From NCBI GenBank assembly GCA_036785375.1, contig JAWMAR010001270.1:186001-250000 (forward strand): 64,000 nucleotides of DNA, read 5' to 3'. This document shows positions 9,591-22,229 of the stretch, one piece after another. Position numbers and translations under genes: made by a program. Below the pieces are notes generated by a model. The model saw nothing but the letters and a program-made list of their open reading frames with translations, was not told the origin of the DNA and did no database searches. The stretch's first letter is position 1. The number at the start of each line of letters is the position of its first letter. The stretch is from Leucoraja ocellata. Its lineage: Eukaryota.

Positions 9591-12500
9591 TTTATCCATC
9601 GAATATATCAGCAGTAGACCACAGCGTATTGCAGGCTGCCCAAATCCACAATTGTATCTATTTAAATTATTGACTCAATACACCAGCCTTCAAAACGCAA
9701 GAATGTCTGGAATGAACCTGTCAATTATCAAATCCCTGGCATTAGCCTGCGTCACAGCCATTCAAATTCGATATTGATTTACACGAATTACAAGCTGTGT
9801 GGTCAACCAATTTGAGACAGTCCTTATATTCCTATCTAAACCAACTTCCTGGATTGAAGGAAACAAGGAGAATCTGCTGTGTTGGGAATAGGTTAGAAAG
9901 TTCAGATTGGATTCCAACAGGCTGGTTAAACTTTCGAGGTGGGTTGGCTTAAATAAAGATGCTGTCGCTTTAAGCTCTGCTGTTGGTTCCAGTCTGTCGG
10001 CACAAAGTTGGGAGCCAGGTCCGGTTGACCGGGTAGTGATAATTATGAGAATTTACAGCTATTTGAATGCAGCAAGACTAGAGGCTTCACTGAGGAGTAG
10101 GTCGCACCTCCTCAGCTGATGGGCCCTTTTCTCGTAATATGAGTGGGTGCATTTTCTCAGTCAGACTTTGTCGACAGTTGGGGTGGGGGATCTGGGAGAG
10201 AGAGAGCAGGTGATGCCACACAGATGTAACAGTTTAATAACGACCCATTAAAATCCATCCTTCAGCCATTCGGCAACCTGGGCTGATCTGATCTGACAGC
10301 CCTCTCACTAGCTCGCCGCATGCCCAATCCTGATGCAGACCCTCCACAAAACCTTTGGGCTTCAGGTAACACCTGCAGAAAGAGCCTCTGCTAACAAGGG
10401 CAGGCAAACTGTGCTGGTGAATGTGCACTGTGCGAGATGGCTGGGGAAATGTACTGCAACCACCGCAAACTTGGAACAGCACAGACCCTCCACTCAATCT
10501 ATCCAATACTAAAGGGTGGGCATTTCGCAGTTAGATGTCTTATATTGGATTGGAAGCTTCTTCACAGGGCCAACACTTTACTCATTTTTCCTCTGAGATT
10601 AATCTTTGCCTGAATGGTACATTCACACTGCCTGTAGGTAAAGCATCAGCCCACATCACACCGATACAGTCGCTGCCTGCCTCAGATTAAATATATGTTT
10701 ACACATAAATTATGAATAAGACAATGTTTCAAGCATGTAATATTTTCTTATTTCAGTACATATTAAGGATTCAATGAAAATAATAAATTATTTTTGAATG
10801 TCACAATTGCAGATTAATGAACTGAACTAGAACTGGGACTGTGTAAGTAGTGTGTGAACAAAAGAACAAGAAAGGAAGAAAATGAGTTGACAGAATTCTA
10901 GATTAATTCCTTGGTAGAATAGTAAACGATTTATACACAGTTTATACAGTGCTGTGTTTGCTTTTATTATCCCGAATGGCCTTTGACAAATCCCATAATT
11001 CCATACGTTTATCAAGATACCGAACTCGCTTATCCTACGAGAGATGCACAACCGAAACATAAGAATGACCTTTCAGGCAATTACAGTGCAATTGGGGAGA
11101 TAGTTATACACATGAGAACCTCGTTATCGAGTTCCTATCATGAAAAGTTATCCCGCATTTTCTCGATTCATCTGCTTTTCAATTTTAGACCGCAATGTAT
11201 CTCAGGTCGAGAGTTTTCATCTGGCAAACGAGAGACCAAGCTCGATTTCTCACCCTTCCATGCAAAATTGAATCAAATCCATTATAAAAGGAGAATACTG
11301 GAAGTACTTAGTTAAACCCACAACATCCGTGAAAACAGAGCATTCTATGTATTTATAATGGATTTTGTGTATCTGTTTGTTTAATCGAATCACATTATCA
11401 GTCTCTGTCATGTGATGGATCTTTACTTTTGTTGTCTGGTGTGGTATAATGCCCATAATATTAACCAGAAAATGCACATTGTGATATTAGAAATTTGACA
11501 ATAAGGCCGTAAAAGTTGTCTTCTGTGTCCTGGTTCTGTGGACCAGAAATAAGAAGCAGAATTTTCAATCCTCTCAGTCTAGTTACAGATTCAGATTCAG
11601 ATTCAATTTTAATTGTCATTGTCAGTGTACAGTACAGAGTGCATGCATGTACATTTCAGTTAAAGTTGAATCACGGTTCAGTTAATGTCGAATACGAAAG
11701 GGTTAATAGAACAATGAACAACCAAGCTGCAAAAAAAATACGAGGTCCTGCAGCCAAAAATACAATCTCAGCAAGGATTGGAATGAAGCACTAATTCCAT
11801 TTGTCTGAGTATTCGCGGATTGCTTTGGTGTGAGACATTCAAATTCTCCAACCTTCTGGATGAAAAATTGCTTCCTGTTGAATGTTGAATGGACCGATCT
11901 TATTTCCAAAATTACCTCTCACTCTGTGGATCCGTCTTCAGAAATATAATTGCGATTTCATAACCTCCTACCTCTGCTGGAGGAGTGGGCTCCTCCTGGT
12001 GGCTTCACAGAATATTGCAGACGTTTATCACCTATCCCCAACATCATGAGTAAATTTCGCCAGCGAGAGAGGATGTTGCAGAACTCTCGTCGGCGCTTCT
12101 TCCACCTAGGCCGCAAATCCAATATCCATATGTTAGTTGCTACCAACATTTCAGCACTCCCACATTCCCGAAGCGGATGATTGCATAGTACTCATCGTTC
12201 TGCCCCTATCTGTATGTCATCTGCCCCGCTCAATTTGAAGAAGGGTTTCGGCCCGAAACGTTGCCTATTTCCCTCGCTCCATAGATGCTGCTGCACCCGC
12301 TGAGTTTCTCCAGCATTTTTGTCTACCTTCGATTTTCCAGCATCTGCAGTTCCTTCTTAAACAATTCACTTGATCTAATTTCATTCTACACTATAATTTA
12401 TTATACATTTTTTCTTCACAATGACAATAGTTGAGCAGAACCACTTGGTCTTCTTCTTCTTGCGTATGGCGTGCACAGCCTAAAGTTGTAGAACAACTTG

Positions 12501-12638
12501 GTCTATTTAATCTTATTTGATTGTGCACGCCAGATTGATTGCATTCATTGAAACAGGGCGGACCACGTGAAGGTTGCAATCTTCCTCCACTACCACTTGA
12601 CCAATTCATTAGGTTTATAGAATATAAGAACGGTGAAC

Positions 12639-12718
<80 letters not shown>
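12639..12718. repeat. (AAT)n microsatellite (retroposon tail)
   Basis: Direct inspection. Confidence 0.95.
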
Positions 12719-12935
12719 TATTTATTTATAGAGCACTTTAAAAACAACCGCTGTTGCAACAAAGTGCTGTACATGACTAATCATGGACAAAAAATTGTTA
12801 CACGACAATAAAAACATTAAAAGAGAGTACAAACAATAAAATTAAAAACATTAAAAGCACTAAAACAGGAGCAAAGTCTCAAGCAGGGTCAAAAGCCAAG
12901 GAATATAAATGTGTTTTAATACTGGTTAATAATAA
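12640..12935 (-). mobile_element. L2-type LINE 3' end with (TTA)n tail, copy-specific
   Basis: IKTHLYSLAF* ORF end, agcacttt...aaagtgct stem-loop, (AAT)n. Absent at about 54450. Confidence 0.7.
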
Positions 12936-13137
12936 TGGAGAAGAAGCACATACATTGGGGAGTGGACATGGAACGGTGGAGCGGGGTGATGAGTCAAGTA
13001 ACACGAGGGGGGATAGAAAAGGTGAAAATGGGAGAGATACGCTGGGTGGACGTGCGAGTGAGAAAGACACACAGGGCCAGTGGGTTACATGTAAGTGGAA
13101 GTTCAGTGTTCATGCCACTGAGTGGCATGTTCTGTCT

Positions 13138-13477
13138 AAGCGGTATGAACATTGACTTCTCTAACTTCAACTAACCATTGCTTTCCCTCTCTATCCATCC
13201 CTCCCCCTTCCCAGTTCTTCAACCAGTCTTACTGTCTCCAACTACATTTTATCTTTGTTTGCTTTGTTGTTACCTTCTCTCGGATAACAATGATCTATTC
13301 TACATTGCCCTTGATCTCCATTCCCTTTGCCCGGTTTTCACAACTTCAAACTTCCTTATCTATCTATATCCCTCCCCCCTGACGTCAGTCTGAAGAAGGT
13401 CTCGACCTGAAACGTTACTCATTCCTTCTCTCTACCTGTCCCTCTGAGTTACTCCAGCATTCTGTGTCTATCTCTGG
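13138..13477 (+). mobile_element. Penelope-like element 3' fragment (copy at 54658-55008)
   Basis: ORF end GMNIDFSNF followed by the ctgaagaag..gaaacgt terminal repeat. A similar ORF end occurs at about 36440-36530. Confidence 0.6.
13385..13420 (+). ncRNA. Minimal hammerhead ribozyme-like core
   Basis: CTGAAGA-AGGTC-TC-GACCT-GAAAC-GTT; short stem I (agt/act). Confidence 0.45.
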
Positions 13478-13484
13478 TTTATAG

Positions 13485-15116
13485 AGAACCGGCCTCCACC
13501 GCCTTCTGAGGCAGAGAATTCCACAGACTCACAACTCTCTGTATGAAAAAGGTATTCTTCATCTCCGTTCTGAATGGCTTACCCCTTATTCTTAAACTGT
13601 GACCCCTGGTTCTGGACTCCCTCAAAATCGAGAACATGTTTCCTGCCTCTAGCTTGTCCAATCTTATATGTTTCAATAAGACACACTCCCATCCTAAATT
13701 CCAGAGTATACAAGCCCAGCTGCTCCATTCTACCCGTTAATCCCTACTCTTTTTTTCCTGTCTGCCAACCAATTTTCTATCCATCAGCACTCTACCACCA
13801 ATACCATGTGCCCTAATTTTGCCCACTAAGCTCCTATGTGGGGCATTATCAAATGTTTTCTGAAAGTCCAGGTACACTACATCCACTGGCTCTCCCTTGT
13901 CTATTTGCCCAGTTAAATCCTCAACAAATTCCAGAAGATTAGTCTAGCATGATTTCCCCTTCGTAAAACCATGCTGACTCGGACTGATCCTGCTACTGTT
14001 ATCCAAATGTGTGGCTATTTCATCTTTTATAATTAATTCCAGCATCTTCCCCACCACCGATGTCAGGCTAACTGGTCTATAAATCCATGTTTTCTCCCTC
14101 CCGCCTTTCTTAAACAGTGGGATAACATTAGCTACCCTCCAATCCACAGGAACTGATCCTGAATCTACAGAACATTGGAAAATAATCACCAATGCGTCCA
14201 TGATTTCCAGAGCCACCTCTTTAAGTACCCTGGGATGCTGGTCATCGGGCCCTGGGGATTTATCAGTCTTAAGTCCCATCAGTCTACCCAACACCATTTC
14301 CTGCCTAATGTGCATTTCCTTCAGTTCCTCCGTCATCCTAGATCTTATGGCCACTGGTACATCAGGGAGATTGTTTGTGTCCTCCTTAGTGAAGATGGAT
14401 CCAAAGTACCTGTTCAACTCGTCTGCAATTTCCTTGTTCCCCATAATAAATTCACCTTTCTCAGTCTTCAATGGTCCAACTTTGATCCTAACTTGTTTTT
14501 TTCCTCTTCACATACCTAAATAAGCTTTTAATACCCTCCTTTATATTCTGGGCCAGCTTACCTTCGTACCTCATCTTTTCTCCCCGTATTGCCTTTTTAG
14601 TTATCTTCTGTTGCTCTTTAAACGTTTCCCAAGCTTCTGGCTTCCTGTTCATCTATGCTATTTTATATGTCTTCTCTTTTATTTTTATATTGTCCCTGAC
14701 TTCCCTTGTCAGCCACGGTCGCCCCTTACTCCCCTTGGAATCTTTCTTGCTCTTTGGAATGAACTGATCCTGCACCTTCAGTATTATTCCAAGAAATACC
14801 TGCCATTGTTGAATCCATTGCCATCCCTGCTAGGGTATTTTTCCAGTCAACTTTGGCCAGCTCTTCCCTCATGGTTTTATAGTCCCCTTTGTTCAACTGT
14901 AATACGGACACCTCCGATTTATCCTTCTCCCTCTCAAATTGTAGATTAAAATTTATCAGATTATGGTCACCACCTCCTAATGTCTCCTTGACATCGAGTT
15001 CCCTTTATCAAATGCGGTTTATTACACAACACTAAATCCAGAATTGCCTTCTCCCTGGTAGGTTCCAGTACAAGCTGCTCTAAGAATCCATCTCGGAGGC
15101 ACGCCACAAACTCACT
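13485..15116 (-). mobile_element. CR1 LINE, degenerate, internally deleted and cut at 15116
   Basis: KSPGPD, WRVANVIPLFKKG and QHGFTKGKSC RT-region motifs. Confidence 0.9.
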
Positions 15117-15172
15117 ATATTTCTATATATTACGTCGTTCACATTTCCCCTGTTTCTCTCTTGATCCATAAG

Positions 15173-15271
15173 ATGCAGATAAAAACCTAATTATCGGATG
15201 CGCAGTGGGTGTCTTGGCAGTTTTAGTTTTGGCCATTATCTTGATAAGGCTCCAATTAAAGGCACAAAATG
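15173..15271 (+). CDS. Orphan transmembrane exon TM-c (3' half of a gene-2-type gene)
   Basis: ttgatccataag|...G|GTGAG, 99 bp. Encodes ADKNLIIGCAVGVLAVLVLAIILIRLQLKAQN. Near-identical to 32754-32852. Confidence 0.75.
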
Positions 15272-16488
15272 GTGAGAATGATACACACCTTACGGTATTC
15301 TCGGTCTTAATCATAATGGTGGTTAAAAAAAAACAAGGGCAGTAAATGCTATTCGATTGCAAAACAATAAAACAATTGAGAATAAAACTGACCATTAACA
15401 ATGACAAAAATAAATCTCAAGATATAAATCTTACATCTTCCCATGTCAATGTTTCAATCGTCGTTTATTTTTGTTGTCTCCATCGGTTACTGAATTCACC
15501 GAAATTCGGTAGTGGTGCCGAAGCCGACGGATATTAAGCAGAGTGCAGTGATAACACTTTCAATCTACCAAGTATGCAATGGGGTCAAGGAAGGAGCGTT
15601 CACGTCGCGGCCCTGTTTCCACCAATCTTTCCACCACCACGCACTAGAAGCACAAGAACAGACACCATTGTATTCAGATGCCGAGACGTGTGTTCAACTC
15701 TGGATGAACAACTTCTAATCTTGTGTGTGGTGTCGATAAGAAGAGTGCGCAATGTTGGACGATTTCAGCCCAAGGACAATATGAACAACTCTATTTCCGA
15801 GCGACCATTGATTTCCTGACAATTGTGCAGGCAGGTTCAACGTAGAATCTACCCCATGGGAATATAGGTTAAACTGTCTATCAGCGAATCTCAAAATTGT
15901 ACTTTGCATTATCAGCATACGTAATATTAAATGTTTGCTACTTTAAGTTTACTATTCGTCTGCCCCCTAAAGCAGATTCCATTTACGTTCATACAAATGA
16001 TCGGCAATAACGAAGAAAGCTAATGTTGTTCTGTGGGCCAGTAATGATTAGTAGCACCGAAGATCAACACTAAGTGAAATCAGGGAAAGAAAATTAATGA
16101 AGAATGGCAAAAAAAAATCTGATAACAATTTGCTACTGGCAGATCACTGGAAGATCGCTAACTCAACTAAACAAAACTAAAACACAGAATAATCCACCCC
16201 AGCAGTAGCGCGCAATACAGTTTTAGAATAAACTACTGTTTTCTCAACTCATTAGAAGCAGTTCCCCAACTTGCAGTAAAACACTTTTATTCCCGTGCCC
16301 GTGTATCATTAAAGGAGACGGATAACAATTCCATATTTGTTTGCACGTTGGTGCAGTCTCATGGATTAGTATGAATCCTGAAATGTATATACATTCTCTT
16401 TGAGACTGGTAGTATTTTGTTTCAAAATCGTATTCTTTGTGCCACCAGAGGGTAATTGACTAATGGCCGATATAAATTACTTTCACAG

Positions 16489-16638
16489 ACTAAAGATGAT
16501 AGATTCTACGTTGTATCATGTCGATTTGCAGTTACTCAACTCCAATCAGCAGTAACATTTAACCAGAAAGAGGAACATGTACCTTATGCAGATGGAAATG
16601 TTTTAAAGAAGGAGCGAAGCTGGGAATCGAAGCTGTAG
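16489..16638 (+). CDS. Putative terminal cytoplasmic exon tail-c (orphan copy)
   Basis: ttactttcacag|ACTAAA. Encodes TKDDRFYVVSCRF...EEHVPYADGNVLKKERSWESKL*. Confidence 0.55.
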   Translation, partial: TKDDRFYVVSCRFAVTQLQSAVTFNQKEEHVPYADGNVLKKERSWESKL

Positions 16639-18475
16639 ACTGTGAACAATTGCAGGCGGGAATATTGCTACGTTCTGATCATTGCAGCCAAGCTAATGAA
16701 CTCCCATGGTAACAATCGTGGGAGCTGCAGGTCGTTTTCACCTGCATTCAGTCAATGTTTTGGTGTAAATGACCATCATCTAACAAGCATCCAACACTTT
16801 CTGAAAGCAGGGATGAAAGTGCCAGTGTGCATTTGTTGTAAATTTTAAAAATCGTGTTTGTTTATTTTACTTCTGTTCTCAAATGTGAATAATTTCGCTG
16901 GTGCTTTGTGAAGAAACTATGGCTACGTCCGTTCGTGATAACATGTCACTTAATGATGTCTGATTAAAAAAAACCGCCGATTATTCAGTTGTGCAACCAA
17001 TATATTTTCTCTACATTAAATGCCATGCTTTTTCAATGCACCTGAGCCTTTGTCCTCTCATTTGTTTCGAAATACACTAACGTCAACACAAACCAGAGAA
17101 GGAAATCCGAAGAAACCCATCAACCAATCAAGTGCACTACCATTGAATACACTTGTAATGAAATGGAATTAGTCAGTCATGTGATGATAGCCTGGCGGAG
17201 CAAAGCGCCGCAGTGAGGTCAGTGGCATAGCCACCTACAGTGGAACAGAAGATGTAAGTTCTGCACGGATGGTTCCATTTGCCCAGACATTACTGTTGGT
17301 AACTTCATATGTTCCACGTATAAAGCAAAGCAAATCAGTGCGTGCATCAGCATGTAGTGACTGGAAGCACCAGCAGACCTTGGCGGACTGAGCGCTCGTG
17401 TTCTGAGATCCACCCCCCCACCCCCCCCCCCCCCCCCCCCCCCCCAACCCCACCCGGCGACACACACACACACACACAGACGCGCGCATATACACACACC
17501 CTTCCCTTTTTACATATACAACCGCCGCCTTCTCAACATGACAATTTCACCCATCATCTGCGTCCACCTATCACTGGATAGGTTTTGGCCCACCCCAGCT
17601 ATCTTCCAGCTTAATCCACACTATTCTGAAGAAGGGTTCTAACCTGACACGTCGTCTGTCCATTCCCTCCACAGATGCTGCATCGCCTGCTGAGTTCCTC
17701 CACCGCTTTGCTGTTTTTCTCAAGATCCCAGCAATGGCAGTCTCAAATATCTTAATGTGTAGTAACCGTCCATGCAGCTCCCTGCGGACTGTGTTCTGGA
17801 TGCTGAAACAGTGCGCCCACTTGTCACTGTATTCATCCTGTACGTCCTATTATGAAATCAATCAGATAAATAGATGGAAAACTAATGTCATTTAATCAAA
17901 TACGATTGATTCGTCTTGGATGAATTATGATTTTCAACAGATCCTGATAATTCATTACGAAAAAATATATGGTGTCACAAGAGACTGAAGGTGCTGGAAT
18001 CTTGAACTGCAAGAAATCAGCAGGCAGGCAAAATCTGTGGAGGCAAATGGAGAGACGACCTCGCGGATTGGATCCCGTCTTCAGACTGACCTTCAGAAAT
18101 GTATGTCACTTGGTCACTTACATGGGCAGATTTTTGTTTACATTAAATCCATTGTGCTGTATTCAACTAAAGGTGTGAATTAAATCGTCCACACTGGATG
18201 GTGATGCAACTTAATAAATATCAAGACTGCACAAATTGCAAACTGTTTATGATTCTTTCCACTGATGCACCTATGACATAGTGAAATAATGTGAATGCCA
18301 GAGTGTGCCACAGGCCATATGTATACTCTTGCTCTTGGGATAATGTGGCAATTTATTCGTGTTTGCCTATCCCTTCTCGCTTCTCAATAGCGCGATTTCC
18401 CCTTATCTGAAATTATAATCTACTGCTCTTGTGAATAGTTTAATAACATTAACTCTTGTGAATAAGTTTAACTTG

Positions 18476-18610
18476 TCATAAGGTCATAAGTGATAGGAAT
18501 AGAATTAGGCCATTCGTCCCATCAAGTCTACTCCGCCATTCAACCATGGGTGATCTATCTCTCCCTCCTAACTCCACTCTCCTGTCTTCTCCCCATGACC
18601 CCTGACACCT
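18476..18610 (-). mobile_element. CR1-type 3' end (copy at about 36056-36190)
   Basis: gtcataag repeats and ggccattc...ccgccattcaa, similar to the other CR1 ends. Confidence 0.65.
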
Positions 18611-18789
18611 GAATTTCCATGAACTTGTGCCACCGACTCAAGCAGCGGGCCACATACCTACAAATCTAGATAATTTATATCAAAATCAAGTATCCACAAG
18701 ATTGACCAGGACAATTATCTGCAAATTCTCTCCGCTAAGTAGTATTCCTAATGACCACAGGAAATCGATTTCCCACAGTTTAGTAGCGG

Positions 18790-19948
18790 ACTGGTTTAGA
18801 AGGGACTGGTTTCCAGAGGGCTAGTATGGACACAGTGGACCGAATGGATTCTTGGGCTGGCGGCTCAGTCACACATGCCTGTTGTGCTGGCAGCTCACTC
18901 ACTCACGGCTGGTGGGCTGGCAGTTGACTCACTGCTATTCCTTGAAATTCCATTTCAAGCAGGGTGCAAGGCCATCAAATTCAAGTGCAGTTCCATACCA
19001 TTTCAAGCAGGGTGCAAGGCCACTAAAGACAGCAGTCGTCACCTCTCCTACATCTTGCAGAGACTGAGCCACGCCCACACTTCTGGGTTTTATAGTCCCT
19101 CCCACCCCCCTCCCACCAGAAGGGGCGGGGCCTTCATGGCGTAATTAACAGGAGAGAGAATATGAACGTTTTTTAAAACACTAATAATAACTCTTTTATT
19201 TTTAATCGATGGGAAAAATCCTCGGCACCTGATGCGTGGAGGGGTACTCTGAGTAAGATGTCCAAAGATCACAGCCGTACATGGTAGCGTTGTTTCTAAA
19301 ATCAATACAAAGCGTAAACGGGAAGTGGTCAAGATTAGACATTTATTATATAGAAGGCAAGGCAACTTTGATTGGGCAAGGCAACTTTAATTAGGCAAGG
19401 CAACATTAATTAGGCAAGGCAGCTTTAATTAGACAAGGCAACTTTAATTATGCAACTTTAATTAGGCAAGGCAACTTTAATTATGCAACTTTAATTAGGC
19501 AAGGCAACTTTAATTAGGCAACACAGCTTTAGCATTTCCAAACCAAAGGCAGCACAGATTTAGCATTTCCAAACTATATTTTCAAACCACATTAAGGGCA
19601 CTGACAGGTCAGTAAAACCACTCACAGTTTAGTAAACATGTGTTCAGTGTTATTTACAGCTCAGATTGAGAGACATTACCCTCTCGCGCCCCCATCTTGC
19701 AGAGACTGACTGAGGCACTCAACACTTCCGGGTTTTATAGTCCCTTCAGGTGAGAGAATCTCAACATTTTTAAAACACTAATAACTCTTTTATTTTTAAT
19801 CATGGGAAAAATCCTCTTATCCTGCGCAGCGGAAGGGGACTCTAAGTAAGATGGCCAAAAATCACAGCCATCAGTGGCAGCGTTTTTTCTAAAAATCAAT
19901 ATATAGAACAACAGGAAGTGGTCAAGATCAGACTTTTAATAATATAGA
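18790..19948 (-). mobile_element. Helitron-like composite element with duplicated ~300-bp unit (copy at about 36550-37738)
   Basis: The terminus ggaag..caagatcagac..tt...agat resembles 9443-9480. The unit is repeated at 19040-19355 and 19690-19948. The left end is unclear. Confidence 0.45.
19355..19520. repeat. 19-bp minisatellite (aggcaaggcaactttaatt)n; fewer units at 37174-37310
   Basis: Direct inspection. Confidence 0.9.
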
Positions 19949-20436
19949 TATATGTGTGTGTGTAAATGTATGTTTTATATACACACACTGGACTCTTTTC
20001 CCGTTTATTGTATTGCTCACAGTTTACTATCTTTACATATTCTGTTGTGCTGCTGGAATAAAGAATGTCGTTGTTCTATCTGGGACATATGACAATAAAA
20101 CGCTCTTGACGTGTTTTCTTCTGAGACTGGCCACCTAGCTGAAGAATTGGAAATTACGAGAGGCACGGATAGTGTTTTCGTCGGAACCTATGAAAGATAG
20201 GAAGGTATTGCTTTAACATCTAAGGTGTAGAGTTATGCTGGGCCAGGTTTTCACGCAGAAAGTGCCTAGAACGCATTACCAGGGGTGCTGGAAGAAGAGA
20301 AGACAGCAGTTTTTAAAGAGTCTTTTCGATAGGCATATAAATATGTACAAAGGAACTGCAAATGCTGGTTTAAACCGAAGATAGACACAAAAAGCTTGAG
20401 AACAGCGGGACAGGCAGCATCTCTGGAGAGATGGAA

Positions 20437-20470
20437 TGGGTGACGTTTCGCGTCGAGACCCTTCTTCAGA
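20437..20470 (-). ncRNA. Minimal hammerhead ribozyme-like core (copy at about 38227-38260)
   Basis: Minus strand reads CTGAAGA-AGGGTC-TC-GACGC-GAAAC-GTC. Confidence 0.45.
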
Positions 20471-21370
20471 AATATTGCAGGCATGGTGGGATGTGGATCA
20501 TATGCAGATAGAGGAGATTAGTTTATCTTCGCATCATGTTCCGCGTAGACATACTAGGCCGAGAGACCCATTGCAGTGTTTAACTGTTGTATGTTTTATA
20601 ATCTATTTGCTTTCGGAGACCTGAGTTCGATTCTCACTACTTCATTTGCGAATTATAAATCTGCATATTTAAATTAAATTATGTATATGCGTATACGCCG
20701 TCCTTGCTCTGCTCTTTTTTAGATGCCTCTTATATGTTTCATCAGGACGAAGCGTATGCCCTTCCGAATCGGATATCTTTTAGACTTATGCTTGTAATTA
20801 GCAAACACGAATGTGTCCATGCGAGCTTCTGCAACGTTTCTAAACAAAAGATGCATCGAAACTAAGTTTTTTTCCATCGTCTACTGACTAACTAATCATC
20901 TACTGACTAACTAACTGACCACTGCATTTCTAGCTTGACAAAATAGAAATAACACACAGCATGAAAATAGAACTGTTCTCGCGAGTCTGCTGGCGACGTC
21001 ATGGAAAGGCTTGCGGTCGAATGCTGTGCCTATCTGAAACAAACAAGTCACGGACGGCTCGCGTTATCATCTTAGAAACTAATGTGTAGAACAAGAAGTT
21101 TAATTTAAGACCATTGCTTAAAAGTCCGCTTCCGTCAATGAAACATTTCTAAGGTTGTACTGTAATCTTCATTATTTCGCAGGTAGACACAAAATGCTGG
21201 AGTAACACAGTGGGACAGGCAGCATCACTAGAGAGAAGGAATGGGTGACGTTTCGGGTTGAAACCCTTCTTTCCTTTATTGTTCTTTCCTTAATTATTTC
21301 GGGTTCGTTCTGGAAAAAAAATAAATACGTGGTAAACTTCATCATGGCAATTAAATGGCTGATTTTTAAA

Positions 21371-21520
21371 TATAACCATATAATATAACTATATAACAAG
21401 TACAGCACGGAAACAGGCCATCTCGGCCCTTCTAGTCCGTGCCGAACACTTACTCTCACCTAGTCCCATCTACCTGCACTCAGAACATAACCCTCCATTC
21501 ATTTCCGTCCATATACCTGT
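21371..21520 (-). mobile_element. CR1-type 3' end (copy at about 39152-39300)
   Basis: acagcacggaaacaggcc...cggccc tail preceded by short (ATATAAC) repeats. Confidence 0.55.
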
Positions 21521-21929
21521 TTCATCATTCTTGCCTGCTTGGTGTCCCGGGTATTTAATATGGTTGACGCGTTGTCACTTTTGCTCAGAAGAGCAGAGAC
21601 GTGTGGTGCCTCTCCGGCATAGAGGAGCTGAAATATATCCGTGAGGGTTACTGGTCAGACTACCCCTGTGCACTTGACCTATGTGGGTGCGCTTAGTTCG
21701 TATTCCATACAACATTTGACAAGTTGTGATGATTCTATTGATAATAAGAAGATATCGCCTTAATTAGAGGCAACTTGCTGGCATTAACTATAAAGTTCAT
21801 AGACTTTAGGGGCCGCTCGAATGGATAAGGAGAATGCAGATGGACTGGCAATATGTCGCAATTGATGACCGTCGGAGATATGCATTTAGTGCATTTATAT
21901 CTTCAGTCTACATCTAAATTCCAGTTTTG

Positions 21930-22229
21930 TTTAATTTAGTTTAGAGATGCAGCGCGAAAACTGGCCCTTCGGCCCATCGGGTCCGCACCGATAAGCGATC
22001 AACGCATATTAACTCTATCCTACCCACGCTAGGGACATTTTTTACATTTACCAAGCCATTTACCTACATGCCTGCACGTCTTTGGAGTGTGGGAAGAAAC
22101 CGGAGAAAGAAAGCCCACGCGGTCACGGGGAGAACGTACAAAACCCCGTACAGACAGTCCCCGTAGTCGGGATCGAACCCGGGTCCTCGGCGCTGCAAGT
22201 GCTGTTAGGCAGCAACTCTACCGCTGCGA
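21930..22229 (-). mobile_element. tRNA-derived V-SINE (HE1-like); copy at 39712-40009
   Basis: The minus strand has B box GGTTCGATCC, a V-domain-like core (ttcttcccacactccaaagac) and a CR1-like tail ending in (TAAAC)n. Confidence 0.8.

Larger units (their letters stand above)
1..15116. repeat. Segmental duplicate, near-identical to 41678-57242 (first ~4.8 kb also matches 26496-32190)
   Basis: Collinear sequence and repeated ORF translations. Position 1 corresponds to 26496 and to 41678. Confidence 0.95.

Noticed and set aside
10983-11315. ORF with Tyr motifs (ELAYPT, GNYSAI) as a cytoplasmic exon
   Set aside because: No convincing donor, and the duplicate at about 52830-53000 has a stop and indels.
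12391-12811. Poly-Ile ORFs
   Set aside because: Translation of the (AAT)n microsatellite.
16627-16638. C-terminal SKL as a peroxisomal targeting signal
   Set aside because: The protein has a signal peptide and TM segment, so a PDZ-type motif or chance is more plausible.
19355-19520. CRISPR-like periodic repeat
   Set aside because: No unique spacers; it is a eukaryotic minisatellite.
22150-22229. tRNA gene
   Set aside because: tRNA-like head of a SINE; no full cloverleaf, and it is followed by SINE core and tail.
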